Shown here: in pieces, positions 13,715 through 27,950 of the stretch
How the letters are laid out: every line of letters begins with the position of its first letter
Numbering within the stretch: position 1 is the stretch's first letter
NCBI RefSeq assembly: GCF_006345805.1
Contig: NC_043019.1
Coordinates: 29,511,360 to 29,575,359 of the forward strand
DNA length: 64,000 nt
Direction of reading: 5' to 3'
Source of the DNA: Octopus sinensis
Lineage: Eukaryota
Program-made: the position numbers and the translations under genes
Notes under the pieces: generated by a model
Told to the model about the DNA's origin: nothing
The model's database searches: none
What the model saw: the letters and a program-made list of their open reading frames with translations, nothing else

Positions 13715-15608
13715 GATAGGCTTCTTTCAGTTTCCATCAACCAAATCCAATCACAAATCTTTGGTTAGCCTAGGGCTATAGTAGAAGACACTTGCCCAAG
13801 GTGCTATGCATTGGGATTGAACTGAGAAACATGTGGCTGAGAAGCAATGTCTTGACAATTGTATAAAGAATTATTTAAAATGTTATTACTATAGGGCATT
13901 CACAAGATGGTGGATTGATTAGTAGGATTAGTAAAAAGTCAGCAAAATGCCTAGTGTATTCAATTCTTTTAATTTATCATGCAATTGGCAATAAATATCC
14001 AACTATCTAATCATTGGCTCACTATATGAGTTTAGAGTGATTCCAGGAGTGGAGCCCTGGCTCGCAAGTCCAAGGATTCTGATGAATGTTGAACCACCTC
14101 TTAGCCACTATTGTTCCTAGGTCTATTCTGACTCAGAGTAATAGCACCTATCAGAATCCCAGCTATAGGTTAGTTAGATATTAGAGCTTGCCTACCAATG
14201 CATGTGAAGATTGGAAAACTTCATGGTTCAATAGGGAGAAGGCAACTGCAGCAACGCACTGTGAATTGCAGAGAGCAAGATGAAGCAACTTAGACATTTT
14301 GGTTATCCTCTGCATGTCTCCATTCCCAGTCATCTTGACCTGGTCTTGTCCTCTGGATTATAGATGACCCTGGATGAGAGAGTGGGGTTGATGGTACACA
14401 GCTCTTCTTCACTTTAAACAAAGTTACAATGCAAGCCATCAGACATCCCTAAGAACGACTCATGTCCTATGAACATAATATTTCTGATGGTGAGAGTAAC
14501 AAAGAGCATTTGTAACTCAATGCAGAACAAAAATCGCAAAGGTATTCATTCATTAAGCAGGGGTGGTTTTTTTTTGGTGGAAGAGGTTGCTTTCCGGTTT
14601 TGCTGATTTTTATATCTTTCACTAGTATACATCAGTGAAAGACATACATGTCTGTGTGTGTGTGTGTGTGTGTATGATGATATTTATCCATGTATATTTG
14701 TTTAGAAGAACAAGGTTTGCACACACAAAATCAAACCCTGAACTTATTCAAGTAGAGTACACTATTCTTCATTTAGTCACTAATTGAAAGAATTCTATCC
14801 CAATTCCAAGTAAAGCTGTTCAAAACTAGTTGCAAACAGATTTAGTCAGAACTGAAACGTACGTACGCACACACACACACACACACAGAGGCATGGCTGT
14901 GTGGACATGTAGTTTGTTTGATCACCACGTGGTTTCAGTTTCTATCCTAAAATGTGACACTGTTAACAGTGCTACATGGAAACTGTAAAGAAGCCCAGAG
15001 TCTAGAGACTGAAATTATTGTAGACAGGCATCAATTTTTTTTAGTGCAACAGTTATGAACTTTATAGAGGCGCAGAATTTCAACTTCAAATGATTATTGT
15101 TGTTGTTGTTAATATCATTATTATTATATTATTATTATTATTATTATTAGCATACATCAAAAGAATGATAGGAAATATAAAATTTATGAATACACTTTTT
15201 TTTTTGCTGTGATGCTGAAATTATGACTCTATTATGGAGTCTGTTCACATTTTGGTAACCGGCAGGAGATCACATGCATATTTCTGCATATGTTGTTCAC
15301 AAGCATTAAAACGTAACTTAGCCATCTTTATTGGTAATTTCTGCTCGCTTGATATCATAACAACATGAAACTATTGCACTAAAACCACTGTTTAACAAAC
15401 ACACACACACACATGCATATATATCATCATTATCATCATCACTTAATGTGTCCATTCTCCATGGGTTGGATGGTTTGACAGAGCTAGTGAGCCAGGGGAC
15501 TGTGCCAAGCTCTACTTTTTGCTAACCTCTTTACAGTGTGTTGGATGCTTTTTGTGTGGAAGTAATACTAGGAGAGGCAGCTTTGTACTAAGTGATGAGA
15601 GGTTAGAG

Positions 15609-15809
15609 CAGTGCTTTCCAACCTTTTTGCTGGAGAGGAACCCCAAGAAAACATTTCACTGGCTCGAGGAACCCCTATGCAATAATTTAATTGTCTTGTG
15701 CACACATATCTGCACAGGAGAATTAAAAATTACTGTCGATTTTAGCATTTTTGTAACTTCTTGTGGAACCCCTGGAATGTACTGGTGGAACCCTGGCTGA
15801 AAACCACTG
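15609..15809. mobile_element. hAT (Charlie-type) MITE, 201 bp, with perfect 8-bp TSD
   Basis: TIRs CAGTGCTTTCCAACC and GGCTGAAAACCACTG. TSD GGTTAGAG at 15601-15608 and 15810-15817 has the central TA typical of Charlie targets. It sits inside an RTE-tail fragment. Confidence 0.9.
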
Positions 15810-18800
15810 GGTTAGAGTATGACAGAGGGACAGAAACGGGTGTCTTACTCCTAAAACACTATCTGAAAAAGTCCTATCCCACCCATGCCAGCATAGATAA
15901 GCAGACCTAAAACTGATGACATTTATTAAAAAAAGTTCTTCCAAAATACTCTTGCTAGACAGTTTCAATTTAATATAAACATTCTATCACAGTTAAGTAT
16001 TTTATCTTGAAACCAAGGGGCAGTTTCATGCGAGATGGTATCAAAAAGGGTTAAATCATCAAATATTGTATTATAGCATAAATTTTGGCAATCCTACAAT
16101 TTGCCTTCTTCTTTTCAATATATTTTCGTCCATGTAATTTCACAACCAGTTGTTACCATACGTTCCCTACTGCTTCATTTCATTCTTTCATTTATTTGCG
16201 GTAAATTCCTAATATTGTCTGCTACTAGCAAATTTCTTCTTTTTCTTTCTTCTTGGCAGACAATTCTTCTGTTACTTTTTTTAGAAGGGAAGGCGTGAAG
16301 GGAGGGTTGTTGTATTCTTTTTTTTTGACTTCTTCGATTTTTTTTTTTTCCGAGGCAGTAATTTTTTTTCATTATTATTTCCTGAATAAATTTCCTGTTT
16401 CTGTCAATTCTGGAAAATTGGATATATTTCCTAACAATTGCTCTTTCAACCAATGTATTAACGACAAAAGGTGTGTACGTACACACACACACACACACAC
16501 AAAACTAAAATCTATGATTGTGAGTATGTGTGTGTGTACATGCACAAATGTGCGTGTATATAAATCATCCTTCTCATTTTGCTGTCTGCTTTCCACGCAG
16601 AAATGGCCAAATCACCACAGTCTGTGTCAGTTCTTATTTGGAGTTACAACTCTCATAGACAGGTCAGAGACAATGGCTCATATATTTCATTTCTTTGCCC
16701 TCATAGTACCAGTAAATTTTAAGCACAGCTGAGTGGTTAAGAAGTTCACTTCCCAGATACACAGTTTTGGGTTCAGTTCTGCTATGTGGTACCTTAGGCA
16801 AGTGTCTTCTGCTATAAACCCAGGCCAAGCAAACCTTCTGATTAGATTTGACAGGTGGACACTAAAAAACGTACATCATGGGAGTGTGAGTATGTACGTG
16901 GGAGTGTTTGTCACTGAGCAATAGTTGTGAACAAGTGCAACTGTCACACAAGTGTCATCCATTTCCAGTCTTTTGAGAAAAATGTCTAGCAATCAGAATT
17001 ACTTCACTTGGACACAGGGGAGGGCTGGTGACAGGAAGGGCCTTGTGTTTTAGAAAATCTGCCTCAATGAAATATATCTGACTCATGCAAGCATGGAAAA
17101 GTGGATGTTAATATGATGATGATACATATATACAGTGAGTGAGTGTGTGTGTGTGTGTACATACATAAGTATTTATGGAGAGAGAAAGAAGCTATTAAAT
17201 GCTTTTCAAGTACAGTAAGTGCCTTTTAATGCAGAATCTACCAAAAGGCTCAGTAGAAGAATCTGCAGTAATGATAAATGATAAATAATATAGTAGACTG
17301 AATTAGAACAGAAAATAACAAAGGCAGAGTGGTCACATTTGGAATTCCTGACCAATAAGTCTACTCAGCAGTAAAAGGGAAAACACATTCGATAATGTAG
17401 TCCTAGATATACTGTGTGAAACCAAAACAAAAACAAAAAAACAGGCACAGCTGGAATGCCTCTGATCCATTAGTCTGCTCAATTGGAGTTGACTTCGGGA
17501 CTTAGCAACAACAGGTCGGAGGTGGGTGTGCTTTTTTGGGAGGGTGAGGTTTATAAACTCAAATATCATGTCACAGCATGGATGTTGCAACTTAACATTT
17601 CATTTAAAAAAAAAAAAGAAAAAAATAGAAAGGAAAATGAAAACAAATGAAATGTGTTAAATGAGACAATTAGAATTGTGACATGAATCTTAAGAAAAGG
17701 AAAAAGATACCACCACCCCACCAGTAACATTAGAAAACAAATAATTTAATGAAAATTTCAACTGTTATTTACATAAGAGAGAAAAACAGACATTGCACAG
17801 AGACAATTCGCCACACACATATATGTAACACTAAGAAGTATTACCACCAGAATTGAAAGAAACAGACTAAATATCCTTATTGAAACAGTAAATATAGACA
17901 CAAGGATAAAAAAATAAAGTAAAATAAAATAAAGAAATCAATGAAAACAACAAATACAGAATCATAACTAAAATTAACGAGATTATTAAAGATATTTTTC
18001 TAAATTTTTATAATGAAAATTATGGAATTTACTACTACCTTGCAACTCCAAACTAAATAAAAATTTTAAAAAAAGAAAATAATAATCAATAAATTTATTA
18101 ATGCAGCTCACGCATTAATGGGCACAATTATTAGTATTAATTATTAAAATATGAAATTAATACTCTTCTGCATAACATTTACGGAACCATTATTCCAAAA
18201 CACAAAGAAAACTTCAACAATGCCTCCTCCAGTCAACAAATTCTGTTAGCTGAAACATCCAGCTTTAAATGCTATAAAAATATAATGAAGTTTCACAAAA
18301 ATATACAAATAACAACTGTATTTACTTCCAATACAACGTGATCTCAAATATAATGCAACCTCTGCATTTTAGACCAAGAAATTAGTATATTTTTATCCTC
18401 TCCCCTCCATCTTTTTTTTTTTTTAGCACATTCATATACCACCACTCCCTAAGTTTGACCCGATGTTTTTCAAAGAATATTTCTACACTATTCACAAGTA
18501 AATATGATATGTTTATAGGCACAGGCACAGCTGTGTGGCTCAGAAGCACATTTTGCAATTACATGGTTTTTGAATTCAGTCCCATTGTGTAGCATCTTGG
18601 GCAAATGTCTTCTACTACAGTCCCAGGCTGACGAATACTTTGTGAGTGGATTTAGTTGACAGAAACTGTGAAGAAGCCTGTCATAAGCATGTGTCTTTGT
18701 CTCCTGAAACCACTTGACAACCAGTGATGGTTTGTTGACATCCATGCAACCTAGTGATGTGCACAAGAGATCAATAGAATAAGTGCCAGACTTACAAAAT

Positions 18801-21800
18801 AAGCACAAGGTTTAACTGAACCCTTCAAGACAGTGCCCCCAGCATGGCTCCAGTCCAATGATTGAAAGAAATACAAACTGAAACCAACAAATGAAAGTAA
18901 AATGTGGGTTCTAGACTTGCTGCAAAGAGCATCTATCCCCTTCATACAGGTGAAAGATAGCATAACTGTAGGCATGGTTATGCAGGTAAAACATTCACTT
19001 CACATCTATGTTCAATATCAATACACACCACTTTCAGTTTTTTGTGGGGGGTATTTTTTTCTCATTTCTTTTCTCCATAGTCAACTTAGCCTTTCGTCCT
19101 TTCAGAGCTGATAAAATCAAAGAAAGGATGAAATTAAAGAAAGGATGAAAGGCAAAGTCGACCTCAGCGGAATTTGAACTCAGAACGTCAAGCTCACCAA
19201 AGTCTTGCAACAGAAATTTCATAGACAAAATCGTTATAGAGAACAGAGCTGACTTGAGAGACTAAAAAACAATAACAACCACAACAGAAAATTTAAAATT
19301 CAAAATAGTTCCAAAAGGCCAGTTAAGTCCACTGACTTATAAATTTGCCATTTAGAAAACAATATATTTCCAACTGCTCTCTAGTGTTGTTGGAAACAAA
19401 ATACCCAGCAAGTGAGTTACATGGTTCAGATCCCATCAGTACATCTGTTTGTCTTTTCTGTCTCAAATTGGCTTTTATAATATATATTTCCAGTTAATTC
19501 CAAAAACTACAACATTATTGTAGGTATGTTGATGATATATTGTAAATTAATTACTAAATCATTAATTCATTACTAAAAATGGTAGCTATTATAATTGAAT
19601 TCGCCCAGACAAATACATTCATATATTTCCAATTAAAAAAGCTACAGGGCTATTGTATAATACGTTCATAAGATAGTGTTAATTAATTATTTGTATTGTT
19701 AATTAACTACAAACAAGGTAGATATTTCTATTTGAAAATGTTATATATTACAAAGCAACAAGAAAACAGTTTAAACCAATGGAATTAACATCAATAAAAA
19801 GATGCTATTTTTTGTAGAAATATTAATTTCTGACAGGCACAAAAACCAGAAATTGGCAAGAGGAGGTCAGTTGAATAAATCCACCCCAATACATGGCAGC
19901 TACTTTATTTTATAAATCCAGGAAGGAGGGAAAGCAAAGTTAACCTCAGCTGGATTTGAACTCAGAACAAGAAGACTTGTAACTAAATACTGTAAAGTAT
20001 TTTGTCCACTGCCCTCATGATTCTGCTAATCCATCACCCATTTTTAAATAGAAATATTGAAAATACTATCAATAAACAAATTATCTTTGTATAACAGTCA
20101 TAAAACTTAAAGCTACTGGACTATTGTTTTCCACCTACAGGGCTTTCTGATTCAGTTATTGATAACAAAGATGAAGAATGAGTGAGTGAATGTGTGTGTG
20201 TGTTTCTAACCTAACTTCGATGTACCTTTGCAGTGATTATATTACTTTCTTATCTAACAACCTCATGTACCATTATCCTTAATATACCTTTGCAATTCTT
20301 TACATCCATCTTTCTTAGCCAACTTTACTGTGACACTTATCTCTCCAAACCTCCTTCAAATCACACCTTACTGTCTTAAAAACAGAAAGGAGATACTAAG
20401 TGTTAGTCAATATATGAAATCTCACAAAAAATTAACTAAGTCCACATTTAAGTGATTGTTTCACCTTCTATAAATAAAAAAAAACAAATCACACTCAGTT
20501 CTTTTTTTTTTTAATATTTTGTGGTCTATCCTTTGCGTGTCCATTTTGTGCCCAAAGCAACAATACTATTTATGATTTAGAATAGCAGCATCACAAAAAC
20601 AAGCAAGACAACTGGCAGAATGAAAGCCAATTTTTCTAGACTTAAATTTCTATAATTGTAGCTTCGAGATCACAAGCCTCCTAGCTTGATTCCACTGCAT
20701 GCCATCTTGAGCAGGTGGCATTTACCATAGTCTCTAGTCAACCCTAACCTTGGGTAAGTAGAAACTGTGCAGTATTTAATTGGGTAGACTGTTCTTATAA
20801 TTCAAAAGATCCAGTTAGCCATATCGCACATTGTGTCATGTTGGTATTGCTCGAGAATTTGATTGAGAGTATGTGTGTGTCTGTAGAATACTCAGTCACT
20901 TACACAATAAAGTTTCATGAGAAGATTGCTCAGTTGATCAAACAACTGAATACTCATTGTGTATGAGTATGTTTTACCATTATACATGGCATTACACAAG
21001 GTAGTATGCTATTTTAAAGAAAAAAAACTTAAAACAGATATAAAGAAAAAAGTATGTTAAAAGACATAACAAGATTTCCTGTTAGTATTAGAATAGAAAG
21101 TTATAGAAAAATGAACAGTTTACCATAGTAACTGCTAAAAAGAGCAGATGAAAAAGATATATTAGAATGAAAATAAAAGACCAAATAAATAATCTACCAA
21201 AGAGAAATTCATCTTCAGTTGAGAATTTCTTTCTTCTGTTATTGTTTTTGTTTCAATGTTCAAATTGATAAGTTGCTAAGACAATATATTCAATAAATGG
21301 AAGTGTTCTTAGCTTGAGAGGTTATCAGCTAAAAGCCTACAATGTATCTAAACTAGATGATATAATTTTTCTCCCCTTCACCATCTTCAGACTGTATACT
21401 TTCACACTATTACACCTTACTAAACAAACAACATTTTAATCCAATTATCTCATGTAAAGTAATGAGCAAACTTTCCACATACATCACCTCTTTTATTTAC
21501 TTGTTCTTTTTATCATACAAGATTTGTGTGCCTGAGTTGTTTGCAGTATTGCCTCTTACCATTTATTGGAATAAAACTATTCCCCACCACCACTACCACA
21601 CTCATGGTTTTGTTTTTCTTTTAACCAAAACACTGAAAGATATTATCACCAGAGTTCTTCAATATTATAAAACAGAACGATTGTTTGGCACAATTCAGAT
21701 ATAATATAAACAATCTTAAAAGTTATCCCTTTCTACTAAAGTTTATTTCAAGGAGGTTCTGATGAGATTTTACTCCGCACTTGTCATCAACAGAGAGTAG

Positions 21801-22929
21801 GTATTCAAGAGAAAAACACACAATAGAATTTATTTTGAGTTAAATACTAAAAGTTCAGGTATAAACATGAGAAATGATTTATGATCAATAGTAATCGTTA
21901 AAACAATTATTCGCTCCATTTATCTGAATCTAAAAGCTGATTGATTTCAAATTATAAACAGCATTATACAAATAATATCAGACAAAAAGAAATGTCACAA
22001 CAGAACTTCAGTTTTACTGAATCTCTCAAAACTTTAGGTCTTACAAATAAACGGAAACTTAGCTTAAATAAAAGCAATGAAATAAATGGAAGGGAGCCAA
22101 GACACCTCTTAGGGAAGTTTGGTTATAAAAACCAATAGACAATAAGCCATTCAGAAAATATAAGTAGGAGAACTTATCATAAACAAAGAATTATTCAATA
22201 GAAAAGTTGCTAGAACCTATTGAATTTAAAGTAAACTTTGAAAGGTTAATTGCAAACACCTACAATAATAAATCTTATATTGTACTTTTACTTAGCATTA
22301 AAATCATAAACCTAAATTCTAATTCATTTCTAACTTCAATTCTTTGTTAAGTGTATATGTGAAATATAAAATTCAAGATCAACACCAGATTCTGGTTTGT
22401 TCCAATAAATGTTAATTAATAGTTGACCAAGTCTGAGAAGTACTATAATTGTAATTAAGAAATACATTACTGCATCACCCAATTTAGTGGTTTGCATACT
22501 GATCAATTCAAGAACTTTAGAAAGTTAGACACCTCATCCTTTTAGCACCAACCCACTTGAGAGCACCTCAACTTTCATTTTCAGTTTTACTTCAGAAAGG
22601 AGCAGTCCTATGGCCTTTGCAGGCTCTTCAAGAGCAGTAAGACTGTTGTTAACATTCTGCCTAAGCCTTTTAGTATTATATTTCTGTTGAAATGCACTAC
22701 CTTTATTTCAATTAATTTTTTAAGAATTGTCATTTTTAAACTGGTGTTTGAAACATAATTAACAAGACATTTTAATGGAAGATTTTAATTTACATCTCTT
22801 TAAAACACAAAATTTGTCTCATGGAACCAGGAAGCAGATTGGTATAAAAAAAGTTTAAATTGCTACATAAACAGGAAAGAAGTTCCAAAGCATACGTGTG
22901 TGTGTGTTTGTGTGTGTGTGCATGCGTGC

Positions 22930-23140
22930 TTGAGGTGACGGGGAGGAGGCTGAGCATTGTGCTACTCCTGAATGGAGTGACACAATATGGGCGATAAGAG
23001 GAGGAGAGAGGGAGTGAATCAAGAGTACTAGAATGGAGGTAGTACAAGATCAACCAACTCTGAAGAGCAGAGACCATTATAGAAATGGTAGAAAATATAG
23101 GAAAGCGGTTGGAGTGTGTATGAGTGACCTCAGCAATCAA
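22930..23140 (-). mobile_element. Possible highly decayed non-LTR retrotransposon ORF2 C-terminal fragment
   Basis: The translation ...LSSSYRPYCVTPFRSST resembles the HPY(C/T)V..R.RT..Y..SF motif of CR1/L2/Jockey-group tails. Recalled similarity only. Confidence 0.3.
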
Positions 23141-23315
23141 GTAGCTTTACTCAAGATGTTACCTAAGGTGTTTGAGTCTAAACAGCAGGAATATCCTAGA
23201 TATCAGAGCAATACTCTATTGTAGACCTTGTTTGAGTTTTGTAATTCCAGTAATTGCTACAAATCTGTTTTGAGCCAAACAGAGAGACAATTTGATAGAA
23301 TGGTTACAGCTTTAA

Positions 23316-23525
23316 CCCTTTAGTGTTCGCATTATTCTGCCAAAACTAATGCTTTTTGTCCTCATTGTTTTGAACTAATCATGCATTATCTTGAGGTTAT
23401 GAGATTTCGATGAGGTAGCTGTTAATTTTTAAAACGATATTGTAGGGTTGGTGTGAGAGACCAGATCTGGCCAGTTTTAACATAAAACAGGCAGAATACT
23501 TTTGGCCGGATTAAATGCTAAAGGG
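23316..23525. mobile_element. piggyBac-type MITE with TTAA TSD
   Basis: TTAA|CCCTTTAG...CTAAAGGG|TTAA, with TTAA at 23312-23315 and 23526-23529. Confidence 0.9.
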
Positions 23526-24145
23526 TTAACACATGATAGAATGGTTACAACTGAAATAGACTTGGTTATAGATTTGATCATTATAGATTTGCTCAATTTG
23601 GACTAAACAGCGACAATTTTGTTCAAAATGTGCATATTAAAAAATAAACCTTCCATCGTAATTTTAGGTAAAAATCTCAACTATTTTCAAAAATTATCTG
23701 AAACATTTAGTAGACTATGTATTTCATTGAAAATATGAAAAGCGAGAGTGAGTATGAATGGGTGAAACTAGAACTCAAGTGTGTAGCATAAATAAACACC
23801 ACAATAAAATATGATAGAATATTAGAAAGAAAATTATATATGTGATAAGTACTTGCTCATATCTTATTTAATAAGATTTTTTTTTCATTTTAAATTATCT
23901 TTTGATTACACAGTGCCAACATATACTAGATATCAAAATAAAATGATACAGGTAAATATACTTGCAGTTCAATAAAGACAATATTTTGTGAAAAATATAG
24001 GTAACAATTTATTCACTATTTGTTGTTATTATTTTTCTAGTTTTCAAAACTAAATTTTGTTTTTCAAAGCTATCATAGAATAAAAGAGAATATAACATTT
24101 CATGATTATCACTCCTATTCCACTCTGTAAAATGTAATATATAAT

Positions 24146-24201
<56 letters not shown>

Positions 24202-26282
24202 ATGACCGACCAGACCATCAGATGTTGCTATATATATATATTCAATGATGTATTTAATAATTATGTATATACACATGATTATTTTAAATACATCGTATAC
24301 ACTATGTATTTTATTCATCACTAACTACTACTTTTATAATGATTCAGCGGTGGTGCCCCAGCATGGCCACAGCCTTCGGGCTGAAACATTTTTAAGGATT
24401 TTTTTTAAGGATAGGTGCAAATCCTAACATTTAGTGGTATGTGTATATTCAATTATATCAACTCTCAATACTTGTACTTATTCTATTGACCCCTGAAAAA
24501 TGAAAGGCAAAGTTGATTTCAGCTGGATTTGAACTCAAAACACCAAAATATTCCAGTATATTCTACAAGGTGTTTTGCTCATCACTCCACTAATTCTAAT
24601 AATCCACTATTCTCACTACTACTCCAACATGTTGTTGTTGTTGTTGTTAAGTGGCAATTGTTGTTTAGCATCAGATCAACCCTGGTCAAGCAAATCTATG
24701 AAGAAAGGCATTTTTGCTGACCATCCTGTCTTTTTAACCCTTTTTTTTAATACCATATTTCTGTCAAAATACATTACCATTGCTTCAATACATTTTGAAA
24801 GTAATGTAGAAGTTAGTAAGATAACTTTGCCATTATTAAGATGGCGCCTTGAACATATATTAATATAACATTTTGATAAAAATTTTAATTTAGATCACTT
24901 TAAGGTGGAAAGCTGGCATCATGGATCCAGATGAAATGTTGGGTGGGCTGGTATCAAACAGGTTACACAAATTCTGACAATTTATCTAAAATTACATTAT
25001 CTTTCTCTTTTTAAGATAAGCAGGGTGTAATTTGAGAAGATTTGGTTACTGCTTCTAGCTGATTTACAACACAGTCCCTTGTATTGTTACTGAATATTAT
25101 ATATTCATTCATAAAAACAACCAAAAATTAGAATATTATTCAAAGTCTGCGAATTTCAACTAAAGTTAGAATGTATTTTATTTTTAATATATATGATCTG
25201 CTAGTAATAGCAAACAAATCTCCCCCAAATTACACCTTACCATCTTCAAAAAAACAGAAAAGTACACACTAGATAATATAGACCTAGGTATACCTATAAA
25301 AATAAACAGGATGGTCTTGGAAAGAATGTATTTGCACATAGGTCTGACATAAGACAAGAACAACATGTCTCTTCAACAATGTAACAAAGGAGCTCCTTTG
25401 AGGTCAATCAACCTGCTAGAAACAGTAGACTAATATTCTAATCACATCCTACTGGCTAAAAAAAAGTATACATTGTACAATATACTCTTAGATATACTAT
25501 CATACAATAAAAAAAAAAAGAGGATGGTTATGCCTGGAATACCTACAGCTGTAAGTTTGTTCAACCAGAGATGATACGGGGTAAATAACAAAAACAACAA
25601 CAAGGTCCCAGATATATTATGTCTGGATAAAATACAGGCTGGTCAGGTTAGAACACTTTTAACCTGAAGTCTACTTTATTGGAGTTAGCTTAACCCTAAT
25701 GCATTGCAACTAACCATATCTATCCAAAATACTCTACCTGCTATATTTTCACACTCACCATATCTAGTGTATCATACCTACCCAACAACATCATTGTGAA
25801 AGTAAACAATTATATCACTGAAATCTTAAAATCACAAGATAATGCTTGATTAATTCAAACCAATGTGAATAAATAAGCATTACATTTGACAAAGTAATCT
25901 GAAATGCTAAAGGTTTAAACAACAAGAACATCTGTATTGCTAAGTTAGAAAATGTTGGGTTTAACTGCCAAGCCATTTTGCAAATAATAAATTGCATGGA
26001 TCAATCGAAATGTTTTGTAAAGATAAAGGCCAATCTTTAGATCTGGGGTGGGGAACTTCTTTTACATGTAAAGGTTGCACTGAATTAAGTGTGAACTAAT
26101 AAGGCCATATTAAAGATTTATTTTTTTTCCATATGAGAAAATGTGATTACATTTATTGCTTAAAATGTAATTAAAAATATTGAAGTCAGGAACAAAAATG
26201 TAATCAAATATATATATATATATATATATATAAATATATATATAAAATGGCTTTTTATTTATATTAGTGACACAGAAAAAAT

Positions 26283-26885
26283 AAAATTGTTGACAGTTTG
26301 TTACCTAGGTGACCTAGTTAGAAATGGAGAGGCTTCTTGGAAGAGTAGCGTAACTGGAGAAAGAATGAAGTGGAAAAAGTTTAGAGATCTGTTAGCTCTG
26401 CTGACAACAGAGATTTTTCTCTTTCAGTGAAGGGCAGATTATTTTATGCTTGTGAATAAAGAGCAACGCTATATGGCAGAGAGGTAGGCACTATGATGGT
26501 GGGGGTGGTGGGTCTGGGAAGGCTGGAAAGAAATGAAAGAAATGTACATAAATGATGGAGCACAAATGAGATGTGAGAAAAACAGGGTTATCAGTAGAAT
26601 CAGGAGCAGTGTGCAAGACAGAAGACTGTACTGGGACAAGCATGTGATGTGTATGGAGGACGACAGTGGGATAAAGAAATGTCAAGAGACACAAGTGGAA
26701 AGAAGAAGTAGAATATGGAAGATTTGGGAGGAAGTGGTGAAGGCTGCTCTCAAGAAATTGATTCTCACAAAGAAAATAACAAAGGCCCACAATAAGGGTG
26801 AAGAGGTGTGTAAGAAAAGACCCTCCAGCTCATGCAAGCTTGGAGGAACAAACATGAAAATGATGATGATGACATCATCAACATG
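26283..26885 (+). mobile_element. RTE-clade LINE, 5'-truncated and decayed (RT thumb to 3' tail)
   Basis: Broken frames give VD...YLGDL, WKKFRDLL.LL, VKGRL..AC and DRRLYWDKHVMCM (cf. the RTE motif RRLRWxGHVxRM). It ends in CATGCAAGCTTGG...(GAT)n. Confidence 0.85.
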
Positions 26886-27950
26886 AAAAAGCCAAATACT
26901 AAATCTGACACTTTCATGTGTACGTGTACAAATGCTGGTGATGTAAACAGCATCTGTTATCATTCTATGGTTGATAAAATAAAGCTTGTTGTTGGTAGTT
27001 TCTCGTGTCCAATAAAGATGATTCTACAATTTCTTGCTGCACAGATGATTCATTTAGTGATCAAATGTTTGTGCTGTACATAAGCTTATTCCCACCATCA
27101 AATCGACATCAATTTCGCTGGTGTACAGTGTACCACATATCGGATGATGCGATTGCTCAAGAACACAACACATCACCTGGTCTGGAAATCAAACCAACAA
27201 TCTTGTGATCAACACCCTAATCACTAGGCCACATACCTAATAAAGTAAAGTACCACTCAAGTATTGGAGGTAAAATTAATAATTCCTATGAAGCATTCGG
27301 TATGTGTGAATGAAATTGTAGTAGAAGACAAGAAATACACGCAAACACTTTTTCAAAGTACAGTAATTGTATTTCTTCTAGGATTACCTGATCACTCTTA
27401 GCAATTACATTAACCTTGTTTTTGTGTTTTTTAAATGTTTTTTTTCAGTTTTAATTTTTCTACAATATTTTTTTATGAGCTTATCTTAAAATACATATAA
27501 GTTATTGACTGCTGCATTTAACACTTATGAAATAGTCTTATCAGCTGTCAGAAACCCAAGCAACTAATTAAAATAATCCCACATATTTTTGCTTAGCACT
27601 GCTCCTTCTATTGATTTTAGCGCCACCACCCCTCAGACACACACACACACAAATGTATTGAAATACTTTCCATTAACTGATCTTTCACTACATGTTATCA
27701 CGTTTTGTATATGTATCCCTGTGCAACTATCCTTTGTTTGCAACAGCAGAATCATACGTTTAAGTTAACCCTTTGGTAACTATATATCTAATAAGTAAAT
27801 TAAGTTTTCATTATTATCAAGATTTTCTAACTTTATATATTGTTATATGTTGGTGCAGACTGAAATCTCATGTTCATATTATGAGATTTTCATTGAGATT
27901 TTAATTAAAGTATGAACATTTTAGTACACACAGACACAAATGAGTTAAAC

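Noticed and set aside
13990-14460. GC-richer segment suggesting coding sequence
   Set aside because: It has no sustained frame and looks like an old dispersed repeat, but I could not support a family call.
17333-18260. Minus-strand peptides NLLTGGGIVEVFFVFWNNGS and LQHPCCDMIFEFINLTLPKK...
   Set aside because: They join in phase but match nothing I recognise, and the splice signals are mediocre.
20141-23950. Chain of plus-strand micro-exons (GFLIQLLITKMKN, KEQSYGLCRLFKS, PTYTRYQNKMIQ)
   Set aside because: The splice sites are good, but the pieces are only 38-52 nt, chosen post hoc and without recognisable homology. Chance is likely in AT-rich DNA.
25184-25366. Minus-strand exon-like GIPRSILSSVYFSVFLKM with good AG/GT
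   Set aside because: It lies within an abundant dispersed repeat (AAATCTCCC..AAAT(C/T)ACACC(C/T)TAC...) seen many times in the window.
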